Shown in pieces: positions 1 to 11,461 of a DNA stretch of 64,000 nucleotides (positions are counted from its first letter, which is position 1; every line of letters begins with the position of its first letter). Both the position numbers and the translations under genes were made by a program. The stretch is from an uncultured cyanobacterium. Lineage in GTDB: Bacteria > Cyanobacteriota > Cyanobacteriia > Phormidesmidales > Phormidesmidaceae. The stretch covers positions 800,001-864,000 of the forward strand of contig CAWBZI010000001.1 in NCBI GenBank assembly GCA_963793265.1, read 5' to 3'. The notes below the pieces were generated by a model. The model was not told the DNA's origin, made no database searches, and was given only the letters and a program-made list of their open reading frames with translations.

Positions 1-1201
1 GCCCTTTAACCTCATTCAAGATCTGCCGCTCAGCCTCCACTATCAATACAACAAACAGGCCACTCTCAACAACGTCAAACCTCTGATCACAAATTCAGGC
101 GCAGAGCCTATTTGGGTTGTTAATATGAACACGTCTAGTCTCGACAAAGAGATTCGGCATTTAATCGAAGCACAAAACATTGGCCTTAACGTCAATCGCA
201 TAGAACTCGGCAACGAGCTATTCTTTGGCCTACCAAACTACACCCGCGCAGGAAACTCTCTCGAAACCGCCGCCGCCTACGCAGCAAAAGCCAAAGCCTG
301 GGCTTTAGCCATTAAGTCTACGCCTCAGCTTGCCAATGCAACCGTAGCGGTTACTGGCATCGTGGCGTCTTCTATCCTCGACCAGCGCGGCCAAGAATGG
401 TGGCCTGCGCTCACCCGGAAAACAGGTTCAGACAATCGCAGCGCCGTAGATGTTGTAGATGCCTTCACCATTCATCCTTACTACTCCACTAACGATCTCA
501 ATATTCGCAAAAGCGACGTGGGTAACCGGGGGCGCGCGGGTCAAATTGCGAGAGATGGGATTGATCGTTTGAGAGGCATTTTAGCGGGGCCAGAGCTAGA
601 CCAGGCGGCGCTGCAAAACAAACAGCTATGGGTGACTGAACATAACGTGATAGAAGATAGCACAGTGGTGCTGGGCAATAGCTGGGTTCATGCGCTGATG
701 ATGGACTTGCACACGCATGAGTTTTTGAGAGATGAGCGGACGACAGTTTCTGTCGCGCATGTGCTGACAGGAAACCCACAGTGGCAGGCTTTGACAAATG
801 AAGACGGCAGTCAAATTGATGGGAGTCAGCGCGGACGGGCCGATCGGCCTTTTGTGTCTAGAGGGAATGAGCAGTTTCAACAAACTGCGATTGGGTTAGT
901 GCTGGGTGAAACGGCTGAAGTGTTTGATTCGGGAACTGCGGCGCTGTTGAAAAGTGCGCCTGCCTTTATCGCCTGGCGGGTGACGAATAGTGTGGATAAT
1001 ATCTCTGCGGTGAATGCGGATGATCGCAGTGAGACTTTGGTGCTGCCAGGGGGAAGGAATTGGGAGGTGCGGACTTATACGGGCGATCCGTGGAAGACGG
1101 TTAAGCGTGAAAGCGATTTGACGGTGACAACGCGAACGTTTGCAGGGGGCTCGACGCTGACGATTCCGGGGTTTAGTAAGGTTGTTGCAACCGCAAAATA
1201 G
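1..1201 (+). CDS. Glycoside hydrolase, clan GH-A-like (GH79/GH51-like), 5' end outside the window
   Basis: Frame is open from position 2 (PFNLIQDLP...PIWVVNMNT). IELGNE acid/base motif, TIHPY, LWVTEHN nucleophile-like motif and a C-terminal beta-sandwich (PGFS). Confidence 0.65.
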   Translation, partial: PFNLIQDLPLSLHYQYNKQATLNNVKPLITNSGAEPIWVVNMNTSSLDKEIRHLIEAQNIGLNVNRIELGNELFFGLPNYTRAGNSLETAAAYAAKAKAWALAIKSTPQLANATVAVTGIVASSILDQRGQEWWPALTRKTGSDNRSAVDVVDAFTIHPYYSTNDLNIRKSDVGNRGRAGQIARDGIDRLRGILAGPELDQAALQNKQLWVTEHNVIEDSTVVLGNSWVHALMMDLHTHEFLRDERTTVSVAHVLTGNPQWQALTNEDGSQIDGSQRGRADRPFVSRGNEQFQQTAIGLVLGETAEVFDSGTAALLKSAPAFIAWRVTNSVDNISAVNADDRSETLVLPGGRNWEVRTYTGDPWKTVKRESDLTVTTRTFAGGSTLTIPGFSKVVATAK

Positions 1202-2336
1202 GCGATCGCACACTCGATCTGTTTGAGCTGTTCGAGCTGTTGGGTAGCGGTGGCACTAATACAGTGGGCTGCTCCCCGACGAACTGTTTTTCAACGAATG
1301 GTGAAGTCATCGCAGAGAGCAAGCCGCCGTAATTTAAGCCAAAGGTTACCTCATCACCGATTTTCAAATGGTGATTTTCACTATCGAGGATAATATGGTC
1401 GCTGCTAGAGCCCAGTATCTTTAAAGGGTGGGTAGATTTTAGTCCGGCGGTCAGAACATCTTGCCGACCTAAGGCGATGATAGACCGCTGGCGAATGCCG
1501 CGATCGCGAAACTTAGGAATATCACCAAACGCATCCTGACAAATTTCGCCATAGGGCAGTGAGGGCTTGTTCTTTGATTCAATAACTTCAGCAACCAGTT
1601 GAAAGGTGTGGGTGTGCAGCCCCGGAATGGCCTCTCGGTGAATGGTTTCGCAGCCTAATAGCAGCGATTCACCAATGCGGAGGTTGTTAACTTTGCCAGC
1701 GCTGTGATGAGAATTAAACCATTCATAGTTAGACGAGTTTCCACCTGAGACAACCTCTAATGTGATATCAAACTCACTCTCAACGGCTTCAACCAGTTCA
1801 GAGAGCGTTCGCATGTTTCTACCATCCGGCTTCACACCGCCATAGCAGGCCAGGTTACAGCCAATTCCTTTAATATGAATATTTGGCAGAGAAAGCGCTT
1901 CTTTAAAGAAGGGAATAAGATCGCAGGGCATGACGCCCTCGCGCAGATCGCCTAGCTCCACCATGACAATGACTGAGTGAATTTTGCCGTGTGCTCTAGC
2001 GTAATGAGAAAGGGCTTCTATTGTTTTAAGCTCGGTATTGAGACTAATATCTACACTTTCAACAACAGCTTCCGCCTGGCTTAGCGCAGTGCGTAACAGT
2101 ACGAGCTGAGCGGGTATTTTGGCCCTTCTTATTTTCTGAAGGTTTTCTATGCGAGAGTCGGCAATAAACTCAACGCCGCCTTGAACCATGGCTTGCGCGA
2201 TCGCAGGCTCCCCTAATACCGCTTTAGAAACCCCCATCAAAGACAAACCTTTTTGCCCATATAAATCGCACAGCAGCCGAGTGTTTTCTTGAATTCGAGA
2301 CAGTGAAATCTCTATTCTTGGGAGTAGCAGCTTCAT
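1173..2336 (-). CDS. Alanine/ornithine racemase family PLP-dependent enzyme (fold type III)
   Basis: GVSKAV PLP lysine, ADSR, ELGDLREG, NLACYGG, SGGNSS, LRIGE and GSSSDH motifs. Confidence 0.85.
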   Translation of the reverse strand: MKLLLPRIEISLSRIQENTRLLCDLYGQKGLSLMGVSKAVLGEPAIAQAMVQGGVEFIADSRIENLQKIRRAKIPAQLVLLRTALSQAEAVVESVDISLNTELKTIEALSHYARAHGKIHSVIVMVELGDLREGVMPCDLIPFFKEALSLPNIHIKGIGCNLACYGGVKPDGRNMRTLSELVEAVESEFDITLEVVSGGNSSNYEWFNSHHSAGKVNNLRIGESLLLGCETIHREAIPGLHTHTFQLVAEVIESKNKPSLPYGEICQDAFGDIPKFRDRGIRQRSIIALGRQDVLTAGLKSTHPLKILGSSSDHIILDSENHHLKIGDEVTFGLNYGGLLSAMTSPFVEKQFVGEQPTVLVPPLPNSSNSSNRSSVRSPILRLQQPY

Positions 2337-2446
2337 TTTAATTGTTTAGACCAACAAGGGTCTGAGGAGTTGCTGATATTGATAAAACAACATCAAGCAG
2401 GTAGTTCTAACAAGTCTCTATTGAGTGACTTTCGATGTAATGACTT

Positions 2447-3550
2447 TCAGAAGATCCGGCCTAGCTTCTGCTTTAGTGCAGGGAAATGGTCAGCTAGCGC
2501 CTGAACCAGTTTTTGACAGCCGTCGAGTAGCACATCTGTTGTAGGCAGCCGGTACTGCTTTTCATGATGCGCAATCACAGTAGGCACTTCGCCCAGTTCA
2601 AGATCTTCATGGCTGAGGGCGATCGCTAGCACCTTAGCCGGAGAAATCGCCTCAATCAGCTCAATCTCTTTGGCTACTGTGGGCATCGGCAGTTGAGGAA
2701 AATCACAGCGAAACGTCCTCGCCGGGGGATGCTGAAGAATCACACCATCCGGCAAGCTGCCTTTCAAAATGCCGAGAGAACTCATAAAGGCCGGGTGGCT
2801 CACCGCGCTTTGGCCCTCCACTAAAATAACGTCAGGCCGCTCGTTCTCAAACGCCTGAACCACAGCATTCTCTATTTCACCAATCACGAATTGAGACACC
2901 AGCGCGTCCATACAAACGCCGTACTGTGCGCCCTGCATCAGGGCCGTTTGCCCGGTTGCCACCAGTAAAGACTTTACGCCCTGCGCATTCAAAGCCTTGT
3001 TCAGCTCTATTGCAGTAGTCATTTTTCCACAGGCGCAATCCGTGCCCAGCAGCGCAATCACAGGCACCGTCACACGGGCAATCCGCCCGTCAAAAACGTG
3101 CAAATCCTCTAGCTTCGGCGGCTTTCTAATATCTTTTATTTGAACGCTACTGCGAGCGGCCACCTCAGCAAACTCAGGATCTTCAGAGAAAAACTGATGG
3201 AGGCCGTTGATAATATCCATCCCCTTTTCCATCGCCGCTATGATCAGAAGCCTTTCAGCAGCAGGAATCTGAGCATCTAGGGGCGCTTTGCCGTAGATAT
3301 AGCAGTCAGGCGTTTTATCAAGGTGACTTAAGGCCGCTTCTAGACTGGCAAAAATAGGAATATTGCAGGGTTGCTCGCCCAAGGCTTCTCCGGCATCTTG
3401 CCCGGCCCTGGTGCTATCGAGCACGCCGACTATCCGGTAGTGCTCGGAGTGCCTGACGAGGCCGACAGCCGTTTTACCATCGGCTAGTCCAAACTGCTTT
3501 TCACAATAGATAAGCGCCGTCTGCTGAGCTATTTTTTTCGCGATCGCCAT
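2447..3550 (-). CDS. DUF1611 family protein (DgcN-like, P-loop C-terminal domain)
   Basis: GKTAVGLVRHS, INGLHQF, GTDCACGKMTT, ATGQT and VEGQS motifs. Confidence 0.85.
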   Translation of the reverse strand: MAIAKKIAQQTALIYCEKQFGLADGKTAVGLVRHSEHYRIVGVLDSTRAGQDAGEALGEQPCNIPIFASLEAALSHLDKTPDCYIYGKAPLDAQIPAAERLLIIAAMEKGMDIINGLHQFFSEDPEFAEVAARSSVQIKDIRKPPKLEDLHVFDGRIARVTVPVIALLGTDCACGKMTTAIELNKALNAQGVKSLLVATGQTALMQGAQYGVCMDALVSQFVIGEIENAVVQAFENERPDVILVEGQSAVSHPAFMSSLGILKGSLPDGVILQHPPARTFRCDFPQLPMPTVAKEIELIEAISPAKVLAIALSHEDLELGEVPTVIAHHEKQYRLPTTDVLLDGCQKLVQALADHFPALKQKLGRIF

Positions 3551-3711
3551 TCAATCCCTTCTCAATACTGCAATGCTTACTTAGAAAAAACACATAAGCA
3601 CAGTACAGGGTTGGTAGCGAAAATCTCAGACCTTAATTGAGTCGCAAGCGCATACTTATATCAGCTAATAGTAGCGTACATTACCATTTTGAGCATCGCT
3701 TATCAAAGGAA

Positions 3712-3783
3712 AGGACACTGCATTCAATGCGCGAGCAGACGATTGGGTAACGTCATCCTCACGAGCGTAGAAAGCAGTGTCCT
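3712..3783. repeat. Long imperfect inverted repeat downstream of thiC (possible terminator or stabiliser)
   Basis: AGGACACTGC (3712-3721) pairs with GCAGTGTCCT (3774-3783), with further imperfect pairing inward. Confidence 0.55.
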
Positions 3784-3802
3784 ATTGTTCAACAACCTAG
3801 AT

Positions 3803-5278
<1,476 letters not shown>

Positions 5279-5282
5279 TTAT

Positions 5283-6740
5283 TTAGTTTGAAGGAGTTTG
5301 AGCGATCGCCTCAGAGGGCTTTGCACTCTTTAAATCGCTATAGCTAAAGGGATTTTTATGGCCGCCTCTCGCATTGAAAATAAAGGTGAGAACGAGGGAG
5401 GTAACCAGGGCGGCTGCAAAACTGTTGAGTAAATCTCCGCCGCCTGGAATATTAAACAAAGGAGAAAAGTCGGGCTTGGGGAAAAACAAAATGCCGGTGA
5501 TAATGCCAGCTAGGGAGCTGAACGAAGGCATTTTTTGCGGTTTGGTAGCGGTTGTAAAGGCTAAAAACGATTGGGAAGATCATTGCCGCACAGAGTAAGT
5601 CGGCAATGAAGAAGAGATAGAGGACGCTGTAGCCTTGAGCGGCGATCGCAACTGCCGGTATACCCACAGCCACGGTCAACAGCCGAGAAATTAACAGCAC
5701 CTGCTCCGGCTGATGCGTCATCTTCAACAAATCAGCCGTAAACACAGAGGCAATCCCATTCAACAATGTGTCTAAGCTGCTCATTACTAGCGCTAAGGCC
5801 AATAACACCACAGCCCATACTAGCCAAACTGGAATCGCCAGGGTTTGCAGCAGTTCAAAGAAAGCGGTCGGCCCGCTCAGGTTTACGCCCGCCGCCATAA
5901 TCCCCAGCAGACCAGCGATGAAGATTAAGGGCAAAATGACCAGTGACGACCCTAAAAAAGACCGTCGCACCGTCGCATCATCACGGCAGGCGTACACCCG
6001 CTGCCAGTTGCCCTGGTTGAACAACTCAGCCGAGACAACCGCAAGGATTAAGCTTCCGCCAAACCGAAGGCCACCGATATTGTTGAAAGAGAGCAGATCC
6101 GGTAGGTTTGCGGTGACCGGCTCGAAGGCTGCGCTGAAGCCGCCCATGGTAAGCGCGATCGCACCAAAGCAAACCAACAGCAGCGGCACAATCAGCACAA
6201 ACTGCACCGCGTCAGTCAAAATCGTCGCCTTCAGCCCGCCATAGGCCGTGTATAAGAACACGATTGTGATCACTGCTAGCGATGTCCAGAGCAGCGGCAC
6301 GTTGATTACAAGCTGTAGCGCCTGTGCGATCGCCGTCAGTTCAGCCGCCAAATACACAAACATATACAGCAGCATCACCGCCACCGTTAGCCCATACATC
6401 GGCCTGGCAAAAGGGCCGTAGCCAAAGCGATGGCTCACGTACTCATTGAGCGATCGCCCCCAGGGCATAATCTGCCGTAGCCTCGGGCCGACAAACACGA
6501 ACAAAAAAATCGCGCCTGCCGATCCTAAGCAATAGCCCAAAATTGCAGTGATACCACCAAACGCCGAACCGGCCTCGGGCGGGCCAAACAAAATCCAAGC
6601 GCCCAGCGCCGAAGCAGTCACCGTTGCTAGAGCCACACCGCCGCCAATTTGATTGCGGCTCACCGTATAGTCGTCAAGGCGGCTGCGCTCTACAGAACCA
6701 GACCCTACATAGAGCCGATCTACGCCATTTTGACGGGCAT
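5283..6740 (-). pseudogene. Sodium:solute symporter (putative thiamine-precursor transporter), frameshifted
   Basis: SSS-type TM protein (YTAYGGLKATILTDAVQ, WQRVYA, MSSLDT). The C-terminus continues in another frame (SSLAGIITGILFFP..., 5283-5520). The ATG at 6740 after the riboswitch hits TAG after 6 codons. Confidence 0.75.
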
Positions 6741-6753
6741 TGTTTGATTTCAA

Positions 6754-6866
6754 GCTTTCCTCCGCTGGCATTATCCAGACTCAGGTTCAAGGGTATGTTC
6801 TCAGCCTTACGCTCTCGTAGAATCCTTATTCAGAACTCCTAACGAGTGCAAGACACCCCTAGCGGT
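6754..6866 (-). ncRNA. TPP riboswitch (thi-box)
   Basis: Minus strand reads CTAGGGGTGTC...GGCTGAGAACATACCCTTGAACCTGAGTCTGGATAATGCCAGCGGAGGAAAG and lies upstream of the symporter and thiC. Confidence 0.95.
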
Positions 6867-7114
6867 TATTTATTTGATAGACGAATAATATCATCCTCTT
6901 CCGTAAAACTACGCCCGCCGTTCATATTTCTGCAACGCTTTGAGACGTATCGCATCATTCTTATAGAAGCCGTTACGACAAGGTGATTATTTTTACATTG
7001 GTTCTCACTTCAAGAAAAAGCCTAAAAAGGTAGCAAAATTTTCGTTTTTCCGCTTCAATCTAAGCTCATTCGTCACTTGAGAAATAGGCTATTCCTATTT
7101 TCAACCCACTAGGT

Positions 7115-9751
7115 ATGCGCAAGGTTAAATTAAGAAAACGCCAGGACAGCAAGGACGCAGAGCATTCTAAGACAGCATCAAAGACTGCTAATGAAAATCA
7201 CATAGCCCAATCTAACGGCCTCTATTTTCAACTCGGCAATATAAAATTTCATTTAGGCGTTACCCAGCTCGCAATCGGCACTCTTATAATCGCCAGCAGC
7301 GTAGCTATCGGTAAACTTTTAGTCAATGACCCTAGAATTACTACGCAGACAGTTTTTGCAGCAACCGACCGGGTAACCACCGAAGCCTCACACATCTATG
7401 CAGTTAGCCCGAACGTGTTAGCGGTAGAGATTGCTGCGCCTGCGGTGACGATTGGCAAGCAGCAACCCTATGTGCCGCAGCCGAGTGATGCGGTGAGTGA
7501 TGTGGGCGATCGCACCATCTTGAAAAGATCGGGCCGCGTCATTGGAGAACTTGTTGGGCGCGATCGCAATCTCTTTTATCCCTACGATCACGTCACCCCT
7601 CAAACCCTCAACCTCGCCGCCGCCGACCGTCCCACCAGCTACCTCATCTCATCTACGCAAGATAGCAACTACACCGCCGCCACCCCGCCGCTCAACGTTT
7701 TTCGCAAAACCAAACCCACCGCCTTTTCCAGCGACGGCCCCAACGAAGCCCGCAGTTGGCCAGCCAGCCACACCCTTTACCTCACGCTCCCCGCCCCCAT
7801 AGAACCGGGCCAGACATACAATCTCAAGTTTCCCAGCCTGGGCCTAGCCGCTGCTAGTTTCAGATACGAGCCCGCCAGCAGCCGTAGTGAAGCCGTACAC
7901 GTCTCTCAGCTCGGCTTTCGCCCTGACGATCCGGTCAAAGTCGGCTACCTTTCTACCTGGATGGGCAACGGCGGCGGACTAGACTACACCGATGGACTGG
8001 GGTTTCAGGTGGTTAGTGAGCGAACGAATGCGCCGGTTTATCGTGGGCGATCGCTCCTCATCCGCCCGCAAAGGCAAACCGAAGACCCACGCGGCAACGA
8101 CTACACCCTCACCGAAGTCCACCAGCTTAACTTCAGCAACTTTAGCGAGCCCGGCGACTACCGCCTATGCGTAGACGGCGTAGGCTGCTCATTCAGCTTT
8201 GAAATCTCAACAGACGTATGGGATCAGGCATTCTTCATCTCAGCGCGCGGCTTCTATCACCAGCGCAGCGGCATCGAAATCGGCCCCCCCTTCACCCAGT
8301 TCACCCGCCCCCGCGCCTTCCACCCCGACGACGGCGTAAAAATCTATCAGGCCAACATCAGCCTTTTAGAAGTAGACATGGGCCTCGGCACCCGCTCAGC
8401 CTTTGAATCACTCGTAAACACCCAAACCAACAAAACCGTCCCGAACGCTTGGGGCGGCTACTTCGATGCAGGCGACTGGGACAGACGCATCCAGCACCTC
8501 ACCGTCCCCCGCAGCCTTTTAGAGCTAAACAACCTCTTCCCACAGCACTTCCGCTCCATCAGTCTCAACATCCCAGAATCCACCAACGCTCTCCCCGACA
8601 TCTTGGACGAAGCCTTGTGGTCGTTAGACTTCTTCCGCCGCCTACAAACTGAAGACGGCGGCATTCGCGGCGGCATTGAATCCGCAGAGCATCCCAACTA
8701 CGGCGAAGCGAGCTGGCAGGAATCGCTGCCGGTTATGGCCTACGCGCCCGATGTCTGGTCAAGCTATCTGTACGCAGGGGTCGCGGCTCGCGCGGCCTAT
8801 ACGCTCCGCAACTACGATCCACAGATCGCCGCCACCTATCAACAAAGTGCGCTAAGGGCAATGGCTTACGGCGAAGCTCACTATGTTGAATACAAAGCAG
8901 CCCATCATGCAGGCGAACTTCAGCACCACGTTAGAGATCAGCGCAATCTTGCCGCTTTAGAGCTATACCGACTCACTCGCAATACTCAATGGCATGACGT
9001 ATTTTTAGCCACCACCGTATTCAAAGATCCTCAAGCTGAAGCTTCTATTTACGCCAGCCACGAACAGCGCGACGCAGCTTTCTTATATTCCAGACTTAAT
9101 GAATCTATTGCTGAAAAGAACAATATTGATAGCAGCAATAAAACGAGTGACGAAGCAAGCAAAACAAATGGGCAACAGCAACAACCTCTCGCTGTAAACG
9201 CGCAGGTGCAGACCAACGCTCGCGCGTCGTTCCTTCGCTACGCGGACGCACTGGTTGCCCTGACAAAAACAACAGCTTTCGGCTGGAGCAAAGAACATCC
9301 TGATGCGCCGCTGGGCTGGGGAAATGGCTTAGGCGCACCTAAAAGCGTTAATCTTTTGCAGGCTCACGCCCTTACTCAAGATCCTAAGTATCTGACAGCG
9401 GGTATTAACAGTACGCAGTTTTCGGGAGGGGCTAATCCTGAGAATATGGTGTTTACGACTGGGCTGGGTGAGCGATCGCCCCAAAACCCCCTCGTCATCG
9501 ATCAGCGCATCACCGCCCAAACCCCACCCCCCGGCATCACCGTCTACGGCCCCGCTGACTTCAACGCCTACCGCGACTACTGGGCCTTACGCGAGCTTGA
9601 GCAGTTCACCTTCCCCTCCCCCTGGCAATGGCCCGCCGTAGAAAACTACTTCGACGTATACCTCTACCCCATCGGCGCAGAATTCACCGTAGACTACATG
9701 GTGTCAGCCACCTACACCTGGGGCTACCTAGCCGCCCGCCCCAGCCTATGA
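7115..9751 (+). CDS. Glycoside hydrolase family 9 (endoglucanase-like) with N-terminal TM segment and Ig-like domain
   Basis: HVSQLGFRP, FYHQRSG, WGGYFDAGDWD, PDILDEALW, GANPENMVFTTGLG and AEFTV motifs. Confidence 0.9.
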   Translation: MRKVKLRKRQDSKDAEHSKTASKTANENHIAQSNGLYFQLGNIKFHLGVTQLAIGTLIIASSVAIGKLLVNDPRITTQTVFAATDRVTTEASHIYAVSPNVLAVEIAAPAVTIGKQQPYVPQPSDAVSDVGDRTILKRSGRVIGELVGRDRNLFYPYDHVTPQTLNLAAADRPTSYLISSTQDSNYTAATPPLNVFRKTKPTAFSSDGPNEARSWPASHTLYLTLPAPIEPGQTYNLKFPSLGLAAASFRYEPASSRSEAVHVSQLGFRPDDPVKVGYLSTWMGNGGGLDYTDGLGFQVVSERTNAPVYRGRSLLIRPQRQTEDPRGNDYTLTEVHQLNFSNFSEPGDYRLCVDGVGCSFSFEISTDVWDQAFFISARGFYHQRSGIEIGPPFTQFTRPRAFHPDDGVKIYQANISLLEVDMGLGTRSAFESLVNTQTNKTVPNAWGGYFDAGDWDRRIQHLTVPRSLLELNNLFPQHFRSISLNIPESTNALPDILDEALWSLDFFRRLQTEDGGIRGGIESAEHPNYGEASWQESLPVMAYAPDVWSSYLYAGVAARAAYTLRNYDPQIAATYQQSALRAMAYGEAHYVEYKAAHHAGELQHHVRDQRNLAALELYRLTRNTQWHDVFLATTVFKDPQAEASIYASHEQRDAAFLYSRLNESIAEKNNIDSSNKTSDEASKTNGQQQQPLAVNAQVQTNARASFLRYADALVALTKTTAFGWSKEHPDAPLGWGNGLGAPKSVNLLQAHALTQDPKYLTAGINSTQFSGGANPENMVFTTGLGERSPQNPLVIDQRITAQTPPPGITVYGPADFNAYRDYWALRELEQFTFPSPWQWPAVENYFDVYLYPIGAEFTVDYMVSATYTWGYLAARPSL

Positions 9752-9769
9752 GTACGCTCAATGAAATTC

Positions 9770-11047
9770 TCAAGTTAGCAATCTGAGCGGATAGGTCTTG
9801 CGCGGAATAGATTCTGTCTGAGCGGATGCAAAGGCGGTTTTCATACGAATAATATGCTTGGCGATTTGCTTAGAAATAGATGGAGGAACAGCATCACCAA
9901 TTTGGTTGTACTTAGCCGAAACTGGCCCCTCGAAAAAGTACGTAGGGGAGAAACCTTGCAACAGAGACATCTCTCTAACGTTAGCAATCTGTCTTGTTCA
10001 GGATGTACATACCGCCCGTTGCCAACATGACTACATTCGCGCGTATAGTTGCCGCACGGTACTAACCGTTAGCAATCTGTCTTGTTCAGGATGTACATAC
10101 CGCCCGTTGCCAACATGACTACATTCGCGCGTTATAGTTGCCGCAACGGTGTCCCATTCCAGTCTTCCATAAACATCTGGGAAAGAACCAGGTCTAGCGC
10201 GAAACATCGAAGGAATTAAGAGAGTATGCTTTTCGTCTTCAGACAAACTAGGATCGTTCATAACATCGCCCCAAGAACCGCCATTCTTTGGGATAGCTTG
10301 AATTCTTCTTTGCACAGCTAATGTCATTCCAGGCGCAACATGCATAGAGTCAGTAGGATGCACTTCCCCAGCGCATATCATTGGCAAATGGCCAATAGCC
10401 TCTCGTACTGTTGTTTGCCTATCAGCAGGCACTAGGGGACTATCGCTAACAAAACCATGGTCGCGCCGTGCAATCACGATGGCTCTTGTTCTCCGCTGGG
10501 GCAGTCCATAGTCAGAGAGATTATGAATACCAGAATATACTGAGTAATTCAAATTATTCAGATAAGCACAAAGCGCTTGAAAGTGATGCGATTGTTTGCC
10601 ATTCAGAAATTCTTTAACATTCTCCATTACCAGGAACTCAGGAAGAAATTCCTCTACAAAAGAAGCCATTCGAACAACCAATCTATTACGAGGATCGTCT
10701 TCTGAATGATTCCTCGCGTTTTTTTGAGAGAATCCAGTACACGGAGGGCAAGCGAGAAGTATGTCTAGCTCTCCCCTTTCTAGGCACAACTCTTGACGAT
10801 ATGCCTGCGGGCTCAAAGTTAACAAATCAGCATACTTAGGATCTACTCCAATATTTCGACGATAGGTAGAGTTACACCTCGTCGAACTTGCTTTATGCTT
10901 TCCCCTGCCAGGTTTTGCAACTTCACAGTCAACAGCACCAACGATTGCGAAGTAATCGTCATAAGCATGGAAACCTGCGCTCATGCCCCCACAGCCCGAA
11001 AATAAATCAACGACCTTCCATAAAAACTGAGGTGTGTGACTACTCAT
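9770..11047 (-). CDS. C5 cytosine DNA methyltransferase, interrupted by an 87-bp tandem duplication
   Basis: DLFSGCGG, ACPPCTGFS, MENV, PQRRTR and QIGDAVPP motifs. Removing 9975-10061 joins DRLLTV to REMSLLQGF and gives one 396-aa ORF. Confidence 0.9.
9975..10150. repeat. Tandem duplication (~87 bp) in the methyltransferase gene
   Basis: 9975-10060 vs 10062-10150. The first copy has three single-base deletions at doubled bases. Confidence 0.95.
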
Positions 11048-11078
11048 AAGCGGATTGGAAGTAGAGAAAGCCAAAGCT

Positions 11079-11158
11079 AATGTAACACATTGTATGACAG
11101 ACATAAAAGACAGCCTTTGGTAGCCTTTTGTGATGTAACACAATGCCACACAATGTAT
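11079..11158. promoter_or_regulatory. Putative operator region between the divergent methyltransferase and regulator/nuclease genes
   Basis: ATGTAACACA at 11080 and 11133, palindrome AATGT-AAC-ACATT, and ACACAATG twice. Confidence 0.55.
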
Positions 11159-11165
11159 TTCGCTT

Positions 11166-11453
11166 ATGCCAAAGGCACCTAAAACTGAATTCCTTCAGAT
11201 CCGTTTGACTGTAGAGGATCGTGAAAGAATTATGCGTATCGCATCAAGCGACCATTTGGAGCCGTCCACCTGGGCAAGACGAGTGAAAACTGAATTCCTT
11301 CAGATCCGTTTGACTGTAGAGGATCGTGAAAGAATTATGCGTATCGCATCAAGCGACCATTTGGAGCCGTCCACCTGGGCAAGACGAGTCCTTTTGAAAG
11401 CAGTAGAGGATTGGGAACAGCTCAACCTATCGAACAGCAATGAGAGTACGTAG
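11166..11453 (+). CDS. Ribbon-helix-helix regulator (putative R-M controller) with an in-frame 105-bp duplication
   Basis: KTEFLQIRLTVEDRERI...STWARRVL fits the RHH beta-alpha-alpha pattern. 60 aa once de-duplicated. Sits directly upstream of the nuclease. Confidence 0.7.
   Translation: MPKAPKTEFLQIRLTVEDRERIMRIASSDHLEPSTWARRVKTEFLQIRLTVEDRERIMRIASSDHLEPSTWARRVLLKAVEDWEQLNLSNSNEST
11181..11389. repeat. Exact tandem duplication (104 bp plus a 1-nt junction)
   Basis: 11181-11284 equals 11286-11389. Confidence 0.97.
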
Positions 11454-11461
11454 GCTGAGGA

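Noticed and set aside
6741..6771. ORF-track start for the symporter (MPAEESLK)
   Set aside because: It falls inside the conserved TPP aptamer.
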